64,000 bases of DNA, from contig NC_068984.1 in the NCBI RefSeq assembly GCF_001194135.2, positions 123,101,818 to 123,165,817 on the forward strand, read 5' to 3'. Shown here one piece after another: positions 40,331-54,814 of the stretch. A model generated the notes under the pieces. The model ran no database searches. It saw only the letters and a list, made by a program, of their open reading frames with translations, and was not told the DNA's origin. The position numbers and the translations under genes were made by a program. Numbering within the stretch: position 1 is the stretch's first letter; each line of letters starts with the position of its first letter. The stretch comes from Octopus bimaculoides. Lineage: Eukaryota.

Positions 40331-40965
40331 GATAACAGTAAATCATTGTAAATATTTGAATGATTCAAGGGACGTAACTCTATTTTAATGTTGAAAGAGT
40401 GACGTACCTTGGTGCTAAACGAAAATCTACCGCAGTGTTTCTCAACCGTGTTTTACCAATAGTCCCCTTTGATTCCTATTTCACTCTACTGGNNNNNNNN
40501 NNNNNNNNNNNNNNNNNNNNNNNNNNNNNNNNNNNNNNNNNNNNNNNNNNNNNNNNNNNNNNNNNNNNNNNNNNNNNNNNNNNNNNNNNNNNNNNNNNNN
40601 NNNNNNNNNNNNNNNNNNNNNNNNNNNNNNNNNNNNNNNNNNNNNNNNNNNNNNNNNNNNNNNNNNNNNNNNNNNNNNNNNNNNNNNNNNNNNNNNNNNN
40701 NNNNNNNNNNNNNNNNNNNNNNNNNNNNNNNNNNNNNNNNNNNNNNNNNNNNNNNNNNNNNNNNNNNNNNNNNNNNNNNNNNNNNNNNNNNNNNNNNNNN
40801 NNNNNNNNNNNNNNNNNNNNNNNNNNNNNNNNNNNNNNNNNNNNNNNNNNNNNNNNNNNNNNNNNNNNNNNNNNNNNNNNNNNNNNNNNNNNNNNNNNNN
40901 NNNNNNNNNNNNNNNNNNNNNNNNNNNNNNNNNNNNNNNNNNNNNNNNNNATACTCAAGGCATAA

Positions 40966-41396
40966 AAGAAGAATGGAAAATTATACATTTTCAAAAATTA
41001 TTCATCACAATATTATTCTTGTTAAATTCCAGTCTGACATATTTTAGCTGAACAAGTGTCCTAGTGTCCTTTGATGTAGCATTTATGTGCATTTAGTTGA
41101 TTCATTTGCAGTATATATTCATCCAAGGTAGACATTCCTAAGCAGCTTTGTTCAAAGTTTTACCCATACAGATGGCTGCAGCAAATTCACCTTTACGGGT
41201 AAAACCTTGAACAAAGCTGCAAAGGAATGTCTACCTTGGATGGATATATTCTGCAAATGAATCAACTAAATGCACATAAATGCTACATCAAAGGACACTA
41301 GGATACTTATTCAGCTAAAATATGTCAGACTGGAATTTAACAAGAATAATATTGTGATGAATAATTTTTGAAGATGTATAATTTTCCATTCTTCTT
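40966..41396. repeat. Long inverted repeat: 200-bp arms (40966-41165, 41197-41396), 31-nt loop
   Basis: Hand alignment of the arms gives about 8 mismatches in 200 nt. Confidence 0.95.
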
Positions 41397-42428
41397 CATG
41401 ATGTCTTGATTAATTATTCTGTATGCTGTGTGAAATCTTGTGAAGCAAGCTCAGGATTTATTTATTGAGTGAAGTAACATTTAATTGTTTATCTTAAGCA
41501 GTTCTATTGTGTTCCCTATCATTTGATGTGGTTATCCTGATCTGGGTCATATTTGAGTACTGATAAGGTACCTGGCCGGATTCCAAATCCCTATTCCTTT
41601 ATGTAATATATATATATTCTTTTATTTGTTTCAACCACATGGCTGTGCTCATGCTGGAGCATGCACACACACACACACACACATGTGCGCTCATTGAGGA
41701 TATTCAAGTTCTTTGATCATAGTTTTCTTCAGATCAAACCTGTAACTAAACAACATTTTCCAATCCATCTTTTTCTGATTTACATAATCTGTAAACTTTA
41801 AAAAAATATTTGGAAGCAAAACAGCCACATTTATTAGTCATTCTGGTGTGTTGGTATCTTTTAGTTCACAATGCTTTGCTGAAGAGATCTAATTTAGATT
41901 TGTCACTACATCCACTAAAAATCCAACTCCTTTTCCTTTTGACACATTTAAAATTTTTGGACAGTCGAAATTCTAAGAGTTCTCTCTTCCTTGCTTGTTA
42001 TTTTTTTGTAAATTTTCATCACTATTAATGTTTTTTTTCTCATTATGGTTATAATTTCAATTGAATAAAACTTATTATTGATTCAACACATTAAGTATGG
42101 TAACCTGTACTTCACTAAATGTCATATAAGTTAAGGGGAGATCTATAGAATGTCACATGTGAAAAATACTCAACCTATTGAAATTTCCCTCTTAGATGGA
42201 GAGCCAAACGAAAATCTAACGATAATTTGTTTGTGACTAAGAAAAAAAGAAATAATTTCAAGAATTAATAGGTATGCTTAGGGGAAATCTGATCTTGTAG
42301 AGAAATGGTTAACCATGGACATATTTTGTTATTATTGGGTCTTATCAGTATAGTATAGTCACTTAAAGAAAAAGTGTTATGAAAAGTTTTGGCTAATCTT
42401 TTATCTTTTACTACTGACTGGCCTTCAT

Positions 42429-42619
42429 GCGGTGACACGTAAAAGCACCCACTACACTCTCTGAGTGGTTGGCGTTAGGAAGGGCATCCTGCTGTAGAAA
42501 CTCTGCCAAATCAGATTGGAGCCTGGTGTAGCCATCTGGTTTCACCAGTCCTCAGTCAAATCGTCCAACCCATGCTAGCATGGAAAGCGGACGTTAAACG
42601 ATGATGATGATGATGATGA
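42429..42619 (+). mobile_element. RTE-tail SINE-like repeat, well preserved
   Basis: cgtaaaagcacccactacactctctgagtggttggcgttagg...gcggacgttaaacgatgatgat. Confidence 0.85.
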
Positions 42620-44147
42620 GTTTCTATCATTGAACTGTGGCCATGCTAGGACATCGCCTTAGAGGGATTTATTTAGACAACTCGAACTCAGTACTTATTA
42701 TTTTTTATGTTTGTTACTTATTCTCTCAGCCGCTTTTGTTGAATTGCTAGGTTATGGTGACATAAGTAAAGTAACAGCGGTAGGAATGACAAACAGAAAG
42801 GCACACACACGCACTCAAACATAAATATAATGGGCTTCCACACAGTTTTTGTCTACCAGATTCATTCACAAAGTGTTCGTTAGTTCAAGGCTATAGTAGA
42901 AGACCTTTGTCGAAGGTACCACACAGTGGGACTGAACCCCAAACCATGTAGGTGCAAAGCAAGCTTCTTAAATCACAGCTTTGCTTAATTAAAAAAAAAA
43001 AAGAACAAAAAAAAATAAAAGAATTAGTTAAGGGAAATAACTCACATAAATCAATCATTTACTTATGATGAAAGAACAGAAAATCTAGCAGTAATTGTGA
43101 GCAACTCCCAAAGAGAAAGAGAAATAATTTCAAGGAATTAATGATTATTTTCTCTTGATTAATTCACATGGTTATAGTAAACTCTTGTAGATGTTATGTG
43201 TGTGTGTGTGTGTGTGTGAAAATGTAAAATCATTAAGATCTGAATAAAAAGCCTTTGATTTGTTCTATTATGTTTAGCATTGTTATTACTACCATTAGCA
43301 CAGTTGCATTGCCAGAGATTAGGTATATGGATTTGTGTGTGTCACATTACTGACAATAACATTTGTTAATTTCTTCCCACCCTGTCGTCTTTTACAGAGT
43401 AAAAGAGCCACAAAAATGTAAAATCTACATTTTTCATAAAAAAACACATTGCAAGTTCAGATGTCCACCATATTCCCAGCAGCAAGCACACTTTATTCCT
43501 GGCCTATTTGATACATGTATGTGTGTGAATGTTTACAAACCTATACTGAGCTATTACTATAGATAGTGAAAGTTGTGATGTCACTGTATGTAGTTGGGCT
43601 GCAACTGGTATTTAATTTATAAGCAGATTCAATCAATCTCTCAATTTCTAGAGCTATTTCCTCAAACCTAATTCAAGGAAAAGAAAATTTTGCACATCTG
43701 TGGCAACAATCTGGTAGCATTCTTTCACTGTGGGTTAAGTTTTTGATATTTGTTCTTCATGTTTTCTTATGTATAAATAATTTTGGAATACATCAGCCTT
43801 TGATGGGGTCATTACTGTAGGAAATTCTGCAGGAAATCCAAATGCTGAATTACGGTTTTTACTTCTAGTTGCCATTATATAATTCTATATACTTAAATTA
43901 TTACAGTTTAAACTTATGTAGGTATTTTTGTAAAATTACAATACAATTTAGCTCTAAAATAATCTGATAAACAAGGAAAATGCATTTTCTAAAAAAAAAA
44001 AAATTCATTTAACACATTGAAAAGTTGTAATTTTACCATGTTGGACAGATATAACCCTAATTTTCATATATTTTATTTAAAATACTATTTGAAACTCTGT
44101 GCATACTGTGGAATTAAGGTTGCTTAAAAATGGTTGTGTTTTGCCCC

Positions 44148-44537
44148 TGTCTGGCTTCCGTGATGGTGGACCGTAAATGGCACCATTTGAGCGTAATTGT
44201 TACCATTGTCGCCTTCTAGCACTTGTGCTGGTGGCATGTTAGAAAATCATTCGAGCGAGGTCGTTGCCAGTGTCGCTGGACTGGCTCCTGTGTAGGTGAC
44301 ATGTAAAAAAACACCTTTTGAGCGAGGCCAGTACCATGTGACTGGCCCTCGTGCCGGTGGCACGTAAAAGCACCCACTACACTCTTGGAGTGGTTGGCGT
44401 TAGGAAGGGCATCCAGCTGTAGAAACTCTGCCAGATCAGATTGGAGCCTGGTGCAGCCTTCTGGCTTGCCAGTCCTCAGTCAAATCGTCCAACCCATACT
44501 AGCATGGAAAGCGGACATTAAACGATGATGATGATGA
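44148..44537 (+). mobile_element. RTE-tail SINE-like repeat with a longer 5' part
   Basis: Same 3' end as 42429; 5' part shared with 16565-16610. Further - strand copies near 53123-53290 and 62470-62630. Confidence 0.85.
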
Positions 44538-44751
44538 TATGTATATGTATATATATGTTTGTGTGTGTGTGTAGTCACCTATATTTCATCCAGCTACCTA
44601 TTTATACTTTTATCCATCCATCAATCTCACTTTGTAAATTATTTGGAACATTAGTTTTGCCTCAAAAATACATCACAGATCATATTAATAACATGAAGCA
44701 GTTGATATCAACTTAGAGGATAATGGCATTAAGTTAGCTGTTTTAGATGAT

Positions 44752-44944
44752 TTAACCCTTTTACCTGTTTTCTGTTTGAGTCAGCTTGATCCAGCCTCTA
44801 ATGCTTATCCTACAATGTTATTCTAAAAATATGTAATCACATTATCAAAATCTCTAAGTTATGGGGAAATGCATGATTAATTAAAAGCAGTGTGATTAAA
44901 TATGCATTACATTTGATAAAGTAATCTGAATACTAAAGGGTTAA
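44752..44944. mobile_element. TTAA MITE
   Basis: ttaaccctttt...taaagggttaa. Confidence 0.75.
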
Positions 44945-45521
44945 GCATTCTGGCGTATGATTTTTATAAATATAATGTATCAAGTGTTTCATTGGTGCAT
45001 AGCATTTGTTTTAGTTCGTAATCATTAATCTAAGCCTGTAGGGTTTTCTGTTAGTAATGACATTTTAACCAGGTTGTAAAAAAACTTACTAATCCAGATT
45101 ATACCCTTACTTTGATAAAGCTGGATTACTAGGGTTTCATCCAGTGTGTGCATGTATTTATGTTTGTGTTTCTGTATGTATGAGTGTGGACATTATGTAA
45201 AGTGTATGAATGTGTGTGTATATATATATAAATATATATGTGTGTGTGCATGCGTGCAGGTGTGAGTGTGCATCTATAGTGAGGGTGTGGCAGTGTGGTA
45301 AGAAGTTTGCTTCTTGACCACATTGTTCCCGTTTCAGTCCTATTGCATGGCATCTCGGTCTATAGTCTTCTACTACAGCCCTGGGGTAGTGAGTGCATTT
45401 GGTAGGCATAGATGGAAACTGAAATATATATGTCAATCCATCCGTAGTACATATACACATACATACGTACGTACATACATACATACGTACATACATACAT
45501 ACATATATACATACATGCATA

Positions 45522-46160
45522 CATAGGGTTAGCAAGGAAGTAATTTCGTTTTTTGCAAATAGTTGTGATTTTTTGGAATGACTTTTGTCAATGTTATGAT
45601 TTTTTCTTTTTGACATTTGATAGCCATTACTTTTAGCTTAATTTAGAAGCAAATTGCACATAATTTTGTTTACAGCTGGTAGTTCAGTATCAATTTTAAC
45701 ATGGAGTGCAAAAACGAACATTTTCGCCATATTTTGCTTTTTTATTTCCCTAAAGGCAAGAAAGCTGCTGAGGCTCACAAAGAGATATGTGAAGTTTATG
45801 GTGTTGATTGCTTAACAGAACGCATATGTCAGAAATGGTTTTAATAATTCTATCCTGGAGATTTTTCACTCAAAGATGACCAACTTTCTGGTTGACCTAC
45901 TGAAGTTGATGATGACTGAATCAAACCCATAATTGAATCTGATTATCATATAACTGTGCAAAAGATTATAGAAAAGTTAAATGTAACACACACAGCAATT
46001 GACAATCACTTAAAATGTTTTGGACTCATTACGAAGCTTGATATTTGGGTTCCACATAAATTGAAAGACATTCACTCAACGCTAGACCACATGTCTTTAT
46101 TAACTCGAGAAAAATTATTGGAGATTGGTTGAGAATTGATGTCACATCCACCACATAACC
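45522..46160 (+). mobile_element. Mariner transposon fossil
   Basis: MECKNEHFRHILLF...KGKKAAEAHKEICEVYG...CQKWF from about 45701; disrupted. Confidence 0.85.
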
Positions 46161-46779
46161 CTGACCTTGCACCATGGTTTTGAAAATATTTTAAAATATT
46201 TGTCATGGTTTTGAAAATATTTGAAAGTTTTGCTCAAGGAAGGGAAAAAGACACTGTCTTATTAGTTGCTATTAACTGCAATCCACCTAAGTAGTCTATT
46301 TGGAAGCCAATGGCCCTAGATGAGCTTCTGGAAATCATCTGCTTACTGGAAAGGAGTACTAATCATAAACTGAAGTGAGGACATTAGGCTATGTGATTGC
46401 GCACCAGCAAATAGAATATCATTTCAAGGTGTATATTATTGTACTATCTAATATTGTATCTGTGCTGGAAAATTACTTAGTAGTCAGTTACACTACCTGA
46501 AGTAATATATCAAGAAACTGTTATTCTTAAACCAAGGCTCCAATCCAAATGTTTGCATGAAAAAGAAAAGAACTGTGTTCTATAGTTGTGCCAAATTTAA
46601 TGAGGCTGTCTTTACAAGATTGATAATTCCCTCTGCCCTTTGTCAGTTAGTTCTACTTCAAGGCTTTGTTTTCTTTTTAATAACTTAACCACAGAAGGAG
46701 TGACAGTGTTCATGAGTCTACTAAGGCAGGTTTTCTGTAATGTAGATGGCATATTTGTTGAACACTAAGGATAAGTATA

Positions 46780-46824
<45 letters not shown>

Positions 46825-46834
46825 NNNNNNNNNN

Positions 46835-46879
<45 letters not shown>

Positions 46880-47737
46880 AAAGAGACCAGCTTATTTGAA
46901 TAGAAATTGTATAGAGACGGAAAAAGTACATTTATCAATGAAGAGTGAGTGAGCCAGAAAGAAAGAGATCCTATCTAGGTGAAGTTAAGTTTAAATTGAG
47001 GTTGCTGGGTTACAATCAAAGCCGAATTTGAGTAAACTAAGGAGTGATCATTGGAGGAGGTGACAACTGGTATATGCAAGCCTTTTAGGGAGTTAAGTAT
47101 TTGATAGAAATCTATTTACTCTTGCTATACACAGAAATAGATTTGGTTTGAATCTTTATGAGGTAGTACTAATATATAGTTGGGTGTGGTTAAACATGAG
47201 ATAGTATGGGTTTATAAGTTGCATTCAAAGTATATGTAGATTTATTTTTATGTTGATTGTGTGTGTGTGTGTGTGTGTGTGTTGTTTCTAACATAGGTAC
47301 AAGAACTGAAATTTGCGAGGGAGGGGCTTGTCGATTGTTTTAACCCTGTACGTGACAGGTACCTTATTTTATTGATTCTGGAGGGATGAAAGACAAAGTT
47401 CCTCTCAGCAGGATTTGAACTCAGAATTTAAATAGCTACAATAAATACTGCAAAGCATTTTTTCTGAAGCTCCAATGATTTTGCCAATCCACTATCCTTA
47501 TATGTGTGTGTGTGTGTAATCACCATCATCTAATGTTCACTTTTCCACACTTGCATGACTCAGATGGAACTTGTTGAGGCAAGCTTCTTGCTGTTTCTGT
47601 CTACGAAATCCACTGACAAGGCTTTGATCATGCTCAGGGCTATAGTAAAAGACTCTTGCCAAAGGTGCCACACAATAGGAGTGAACTCAAGGCCACATGG
47701 TTAGGAGGAAGCAAGCTTCTTAACCACGTCATCATAC

Positions 47738-47776
<39 letters not shown>

Positions 47777-48845
47777 CATACAAATAAATTATTTATACAT
47801 CCATAATTTCTCCATTTTATTACTTTCATCATTATTAACAATATGTATTACTATAATAATCCCTAATGAGGACCTGACATCCTCAAATTGACTATATATA
47901 TATATATATATATATATTATAGGTACAGGAATGGCTGTGTGGTAAGACATTTGATCTTGAACCACATGATTTTGGATTCAGTCCCAGTGCATAGTTTCTT
48001 GGGCAAGTGTCTCCTACTATAGTCCTAGGCTAACCGAAGCTTTGTGAATGGATTTGGTAGGCAGAAACTGAAAGAAACCTGTCGTGTGTTACTATCTTCT
48101 TGTTTACAACTACCATGTGATAGTTGTAAACGAGTGTCACCGTCATGTAAGCAGTGTCCATTTCCAATCTTCTGTGGGAAAACATGTCTGGTCACAAGAA
48201 AATATTACTTTACTTGGAAACAGGTGAGGGCTGGCGACAAGAAGGGCGTTCAGCCATAGGAAATCCACCTTAACAAATTTCATCTCACCCATGCAAGCAT
48301 GGAAATGTAGACATTAATATGATGATGATGATATATATTATTGTTATTAATTGAATAGAATGTACAATTCCTCACAGTGAACAACCAGTTTCATTCAAGT
48401 TGAGGATTATTTAGATGTGAGAATCAGAAAAATGGGAAGTTTATTTATAATTAGTTCAGGTTATTGTGTTTGGTGTGCTAATATATTTGCGTGGGTGCGA
48501 AATTTGTTTTATTTGTGGGAAAAAAGAAGTGTGATTCAATAACTGTAGTTAGTAGGTTGTTTTGAAATAATTACTTTAAAAATAGTTTAAAAATTGGGGT
48601 CAAGCATAAATAGACACATGCATAAAAACAGTATTGGACAGTTGGACAGAAGCAGTTGGTATGAGAATGGAGATAAAAATACATGAATTAATGAGAATAG
48701 AAATAAAAATAGCAACAGAATTAACTTTAATAAAAGAGTGTAATTTAGTGAGAGAATTGACCATTTTAGGTAAAGTTTTTACGGGTGGTGTTACAGAGAG
48801 GGAGAGATTGTGGTGGGCTGATGCACACACACACACACACGCATG

Positions 48846-48920
<75 letters not shown>

Positions 48921-48922
<2 letters not shown>

Positions 48923-50027
48923 GGTTGGGCAAAAAGTTTGTTCACTTTTTTTCCTTTGTGCATACATACTTGTTAGATATCTGACACCATTCACTTTTTA
49001 CCTTTCTGATGAAACAGGTTGTATTTTGTATGTTTGAGATCAGCCTGAAAATGGAAAATCAAATTGAACATTATTGATATATCATGGTTTTTTTTATTGT
49101 AAAAATGGCAAGAAAGCAGCAGAAACCAGCAAGAAGATATGTATTGTATATGAAGAGGATGCTGTTATGTAACATGTGTGCCAGAAGTGGTTTTCAAGAT
49201 TTTGATAGGGAAATTTTTCTATTCAAGTTGCTCCTTGCTATGGCTAGCCAAATGGTGTTAACATTGACAATGTGAAGAAGTTAGTCAAGACTAACTCCTG
49301 TTTTATAATTGCAGATATTCTCCAATTATCCAAATTGGGTGTTGAAAATCATCTGCGTCAGCTTTATTATGTCAGCAGGCTCAGTATTTGGATCCCACAT
49401 CAATTGAATAAAGAGAAGAACATGGCCCAATAAATGATGCATGAGGAAAATGGTCCTTTTTTTTAATAGAATAGAGACAGGAGAAAAAAAAAAGCAGATT
49501 GCCTATAACAGTGTGAGATGCAAAAGGTCATGGGGGAAGCAATGCAAACCACCATAAACAACCTTCAAAAAAGGACTTCTCCTTAAGAAAGTTATGCTTT
49601 CAATTTGGTGGGATTGGAAGGGTGTTGTCTTCTATGAGTTTTTTTCTATGAAAAGGACCATCAGTTCAGATGTGTACTATGACCATCTGGACAAATTAAA
49701 TGCAACAGTCTACCAGAAGTGTCCAGAACTTACTGATCTTAAGGGGATTGTCTTTCAGCACAACAATGCCAGATGTTACACACCTTTGCAAATGTGGCAG
49801 ACATTATTGGGGTTGAGGTGAGAGGTTTTGCCTCATCCTCTGTATTTGCCTGACCTTGTGTCTTCAGATTTCCACCTGTTTTGGTCTTCAAAATTCATTG
49901 AATAGAGAGACCTTTACCTCTGAAGAGGATGTAAAAATTCACCTGGAAGAGTTCTTTGCCAGTAAAGACAGGAAATTCTTTGAGCATGGAATAAGGGATC
50001 AGCCCAAAAGATGGTAGAAGATACTAT
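48921..50027 (+). mobile_element. Mariner transposon fossil, near full length
   Basis: MENQIEH start near 49051; MLSIWWDWKGVVFYE and FQH(D/N)NAR (49594-49821); PHPxYxPDL-like near 49830-49860. Confidence 0.9.
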
Positions 50028-50098
50028 GTATGTGTGTGTGTGTGTGTAGACACTTATACATACACATATGCACATGCACGCACACATACACACTATAT

Positions 50099-50135
<37 letters not shown>

Positions 50136-50149
50136 TATATATATGTAGT

Positions 50150-50670
50150 TGTTGACAGTTACTCTGAGGTCCCTAGTGATGTTGGATGTCACAAGCTTTT
50201 CATCCCATGGAAGAGTGTCTTGTAGCTTAAGTGCAACCTCCTTACTGAAGTAGATTAATTCAAATTTATTCTTGTTTAGCTGCATATTGTGTTTTTCTGC
50301 CCATTGGATAACAGTGAGCGGATCCGATTGGAGATTAGTCCAGTCTCCTGCCCTGTCGATGACCTTCAGAAGCTTAATCATCCACAGAAATTCTAATGCT
50401 GCTGTGTTTCATGATATCAATGATGTCATTGATGTATGTAAATAATGAAAAGGAATGGACCCAATACAGTGCCTTGTGGGACTCTACTGATGACTCTTGC
50501 AGAGCTTGGCTGAACACCATCTATCACCACATGCTGGCTTCTGTTCAACAGAAAACACTTAGTCTACTTTCATAGTTTCCCTTGGACTCCAATGTTCAAT
50601 ATTTTCTTTAATAGGATGCTGTGGTCAGCTTTGTTGAATGATTTGCAGAAGTCCAGATAGATGACATCTG
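50150..50670 (-). mobile_element. CR1/L2-type RT remnant
   Basis: - strand GVPQGTVLGP at about 50458-50487; WAEKHNMQLNKNKFE in ORF 49914-50381. Confidence 0.75.
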
Positions 50671-50739
50671 CAATGGAAATTGTAACAATAATATAAAGAA
50701 TGTAAATGTTACATATCATTTAAATGCTGAAAGGTTTCT

Positions 50740-52200
50740 GAACCACCTGGTTGCTTCTAAAAAACAAGGGTCTTGACAATGGCTCTTCTAAAACACTTAA
50801 ATATTGCCTCATGGAACTTGCTCCTATACTCTCTAAACTCTTAAATCTCTCACTCTCTACTGGCATTTGGAAATATATTGTATGCCCCATTCCAAAGAAA
50901 AGCAGCCCCTTTGGCCCTGATAACTATTGTCCCACTGTTTTCACTTCTAATACCTCAAAAGTAATGGAGACAGTCATTAACAATGACATTCTCCTACACT
51001 TTGAACCTCTCTCCTCAGTGATTATTGGTATGGCTTCTTCTGAGCCAAATCCACTGGAGACCTCCTCTCTTATGTCACTCACCAGTGGGCATTTGCTTTA
51101 GAGAAGTTTGGCAAAAGCAATATTGCTCTAGACATCAACAAAGCCTTTGAGTGTGTCTGGCATATAAATCTCCTGTTATAACTTCCTGCTTACAGACTAT
51201 ACTGATCTCACATTTCTTGTATCAGTAGCTTCCTATAAGATCACACTATTGTGGCACCCTATCAGATCACACTATTGTGGAAATGATCCTACTCTTATGC
51301 AGATGAGATAATCCTTCATTCTTTCTTATTTTGTCTTGGTCTGGCATCATCTACACACAATCTACACACCACATGCCAAACCTGTTTTGATTCCATAAAC
51401 AAAGACCTTAAGAGCCATGACAATCTTGCCTCTTTTAGCAACAAAAACTCGAACCCTAATCACTCAGCTAGAGTCCCCACAATTGCTTCAAATGTTGGGC
51501 TTAATTATTACTGAGGTGGCAAGCTGATAGAATCATTAGTGCATTAAACAAAATGCTTAGTGGAATTTCTTCTGGCTCTTTATGCTTTGTGTTTGAAACA
51601 TGCTGAAGTCAACTTTACCTTTCATCCTTTTGGGGCTGATAAAATAAGTACCAGTTGAATACTAGGGTCAATGTTATTGACTACCCCACTTCCGACTAAA
51701 ATTGCTGGTCTTGTGCCAAAAGAATTATTACTGAGGATCTCTAATGGCAAAAGCATGTCCTTAGCTAGGACTACATCGAAAGGCTACCCCTTGTCTTCAG
51801 AGCTCGAAGATATTTCAGCCCCTAATTACTGTGTACTGTACTCACATCTAAGATGGTGCTGCTATTGCTACACTCACAGATGTCCTGGACTTCCACAAAA
51901 AAAGTGCCATGTGACTAATAGGCGTTCATTCAGTAACAGACACTTCAGCCTGATTCACAAATATCTGGTCTTTGTTGTTTCCACTGCTACTCTAATGGCT
52001 TCTTCTCTTTGGGCATATCTTCACCTCTCTGACACACCCAGCCCTCTTGTTCTATACCTTTCATCACCCTTGTTGCATCCAGCCTCTGGTCCATGTTAAT
52101 GATTATATCCAGTTCTCTCTCTCCAGTACATCAGCCCTTTGGAATCTTCTCCCTGCTCATGTCTTTTCTACAGGTGTTGACCTGCAACAGTTTAAACAGA
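50740..52200 (+). mobile_element. L2/jockey-type RT remnant interrupted by a SINE (about 51510-51730)
   Basis: LAPILSKLLNLSLSTG...PIPKK...NYCP...SKVME; LDINKAFE-like near 51126-51150. Confidence 0.7.
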
Positions 52201-52374
52201 ACATTAGGAGTATTGCTGGTCTCAAAAGGACTGCAAGAGACAAGGACACAGCTCCTTCCCTGGAAATGAAGGGCACTGCTTGAATGATAGTGACATTCAT
52301 TTTATAATTGTCACACATACGTATAAATGACACCTTTGTTCTCCAACTACTTTAACTTATTATTTTCCTTTCAG

Positions 52375-52523
52375 AATACATGGTTGACTTTGTGATGGGA
52401 GAATGCAAACTTGAAGAGTACCTAGAGAAATTCCCCCCATGTGAGAAGAATATCAACAAAGCTATAAGTGAACTTACTGAAGCTGAGGCCCTTTTAAACC
52501 GAGTGATTCAAGGGGACAATAGG
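52375..52523 (+). CDS. TTC7: TTC7 exon 2 (149 nt): (E)YMVDFVMGECKLEEYLEKFPP...NRVIQGDNR
   Basis: LLGESKLEQYL-like motif; acceptor tttcctttcag, donor AGG|gtaagt; phase 1/0. Confidence 0.92.
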
Positions 52524-53385
52524 GTAAGTGTGATGATTGAAACCATTTATTTTCTCTTTGTATGTTTTTAGTTAGCTCTTTTTAACTGATATTAATTTCT
52601 AAGATTACTTTAACAGTTGACATTCATCATCATCATCAGCAGCAGCAGCAGCTAGATCATCATTTAATGTTAATTTTCCATGCTGGCATGAGGTGGTTGG
52701 TTTGAAAGGACTTGATGAACCAGAGGACTGCACTGAACTCCAGTGTCTGCTTTAGCATGGTTTCTACGGCTGAATGCCATTTCTTATGCCAACCACTTTA
52801 CAAAGTGAACAGAGTGCCTTTTCCGTGGCACTGACTCTTAGTGAGGTCACCAAGTAACTTGTAAGGCAAATCCATCTCAACTGATTAATTCTGATTGGAC
52901 TTGATTTGCTTTTTGATGACCAAATATACCACTGACCGTTCTTTTGAAGCACAGAAATAAGATTCCAGAGCTGTATTGTGTTGGAGGAGCTTGTATAAGA
53001 TATACATTTCTCAAATTAAGGAGTATCTAGCCGGATGCAATGTTAGATTAGTGAAGCTGCTAACCTTGCAATAAGAGAGGGACCATTGGTGAAAGTGGAT
53101 TAGCCAGGGCTCATCATAATCATCATCGTTTAATGTCCACTTTGCATGCTGGCATGGGTTGGACAGTTTGACATAGAGCTGGCTAACAGGAGCTGTCCAG
53201 GCTCCAGCTGTCTGTTGAGGCATGGTTCCTATGGTTGGATGCCCTTCCTAATGCCAACCACTTAACAGAATGTGCTGAGTGCTTTTTACATGCCTCCTTA
53301 TGGAATGGGAAGAAGGGGTCAAAGAAAAAGATCACTACTAAATATGGGCATATCATAGGGACATGATGCTGATAGAATTGTACCC

Positions 53386-53611
53386 TTAACTCTTTAGCAT
53401 TCAGATTAGTCTGTCAAATGTAATGCTAATTTATTCATGTTGTTCTGAATTATTATACTGTTTCAGACCTATACAATTTCAATGATGTGATTGTTTAGTT
53501 TTAGTATGACATTGTAGAGTAAGGTCAGTGATGCCAGATCTGGTTGCTTTGAGCATCAAACAAGTAGAATGTTTTGGCTGGATATGACCAGTTTAAATGC
53601 TAAAGGGTTAA
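53386..53611. mobile_element. TTAA MITE
   Basis: ttaactctttagcatt...aatgctaaagggttaa. Confidence 0.8.
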
Positions 53612-54814
53612 ATCAAGGTATGTTTTACTTTGACACTTGTTATCATATTCTGCAAGGGTTATTGAATAATGATGAAATACTGTCTAGTTGTCAAAGAATT
53701 AACTTAAATTCTCTGTACTATTTGGTTTGGAGGAACACAATCTTAAATTTACATTCCTTGAGGTTGATTTAAATTTCCTTTGAACTAATTGTTGATGAAA
53801 TTAGGTTCTGTACCTGGTAGCATGTACCATGCTTTCACAAATTGTTTTAGGTGGCTATGTAGTGATGAGTATAAATAGACTGCCTCTTAGCTTCACCTCA
53901 TATGTAACAATGAAAAACAGAAAAAAACAACTATGGTGAATATATAATGAAATTATCTTTGTGACTGAATCTGTTTCATGCTCATATATACAGGTAATCA
54001 AAATGATTAAATTATGTTACGAATGAACTAAGATGAAAGAAATGTAAAGTTTATAAAATGAAAATTATATCTATCTATTTAAGCGATTTTGCTCTCTTCA
54101 ATTTCTGTATACTATTTCAGTATTAAAGAAAAGAATACAAGAAATAATTCAATATAGTTACAGTAAATGCTTTGAATACTTTCACTGTTGAGTATTTTAG
54201 ATTGGTTATATTCACCTTGAGACTCTTCAATTCAAGCTTCATATCTCTTGTTTCAAACCCCATAACTTCTGAATTGAATCTATAATGAGAATCAAGATGT
54301 TAGAAAATAGAAGGTCCAATAACTGCAACTTAGAAATGTTTTTTAAGTATTTTCTTGTAACTGTCTCAATAGCAATATGGCAACTCTGGTTCCTTACCCA
54401 GAACTAAATAGACATTGCAGAATCACCTGTTGCTTATAATAACTCCACTATGACATTTTCGACTGTTCATTATTTAATCCATTAAACCTCTGTAATTAAA
54501 CTATTAAAGTATTAATTAGTATAATCTTATTAGATTTATAGTATCAGCTTTAAAAATTTGTTGTCGATTAAAAAGTGCTATGAAACTTATTTTATTAAAA
54601 AGTTCTGATAAACATTAATTTGTGAACATTTCAATTTATTGTATGTGAAAATTTTAAAATGTACTGAAAAAAATGCTAACTTTAACCGTTCATTGTTAAA
54701 AATATCTCAGAAAATTGTAAAAGGAACAGCTTTTTATATTATTATTATTATTGCATTGAGGTAGATTCATTAAAAGATACATGCACTGTTTTATTCACTT
54801 TTACATTATTATTC

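Noticed and set aside
47862-47892. Hammerhead-like ctaatgaggacc...cctcaaat (also 38378-38405)
   Set aside because: Several core nucleotides lost; unsupported.
48600-49037. ORFs of poly-HT/CV/YI/RE type (also 671-856, 36204-36444, 46710-46952, 61996-62221)
   Set aside because: Translations of dinucleotide microsatellites.
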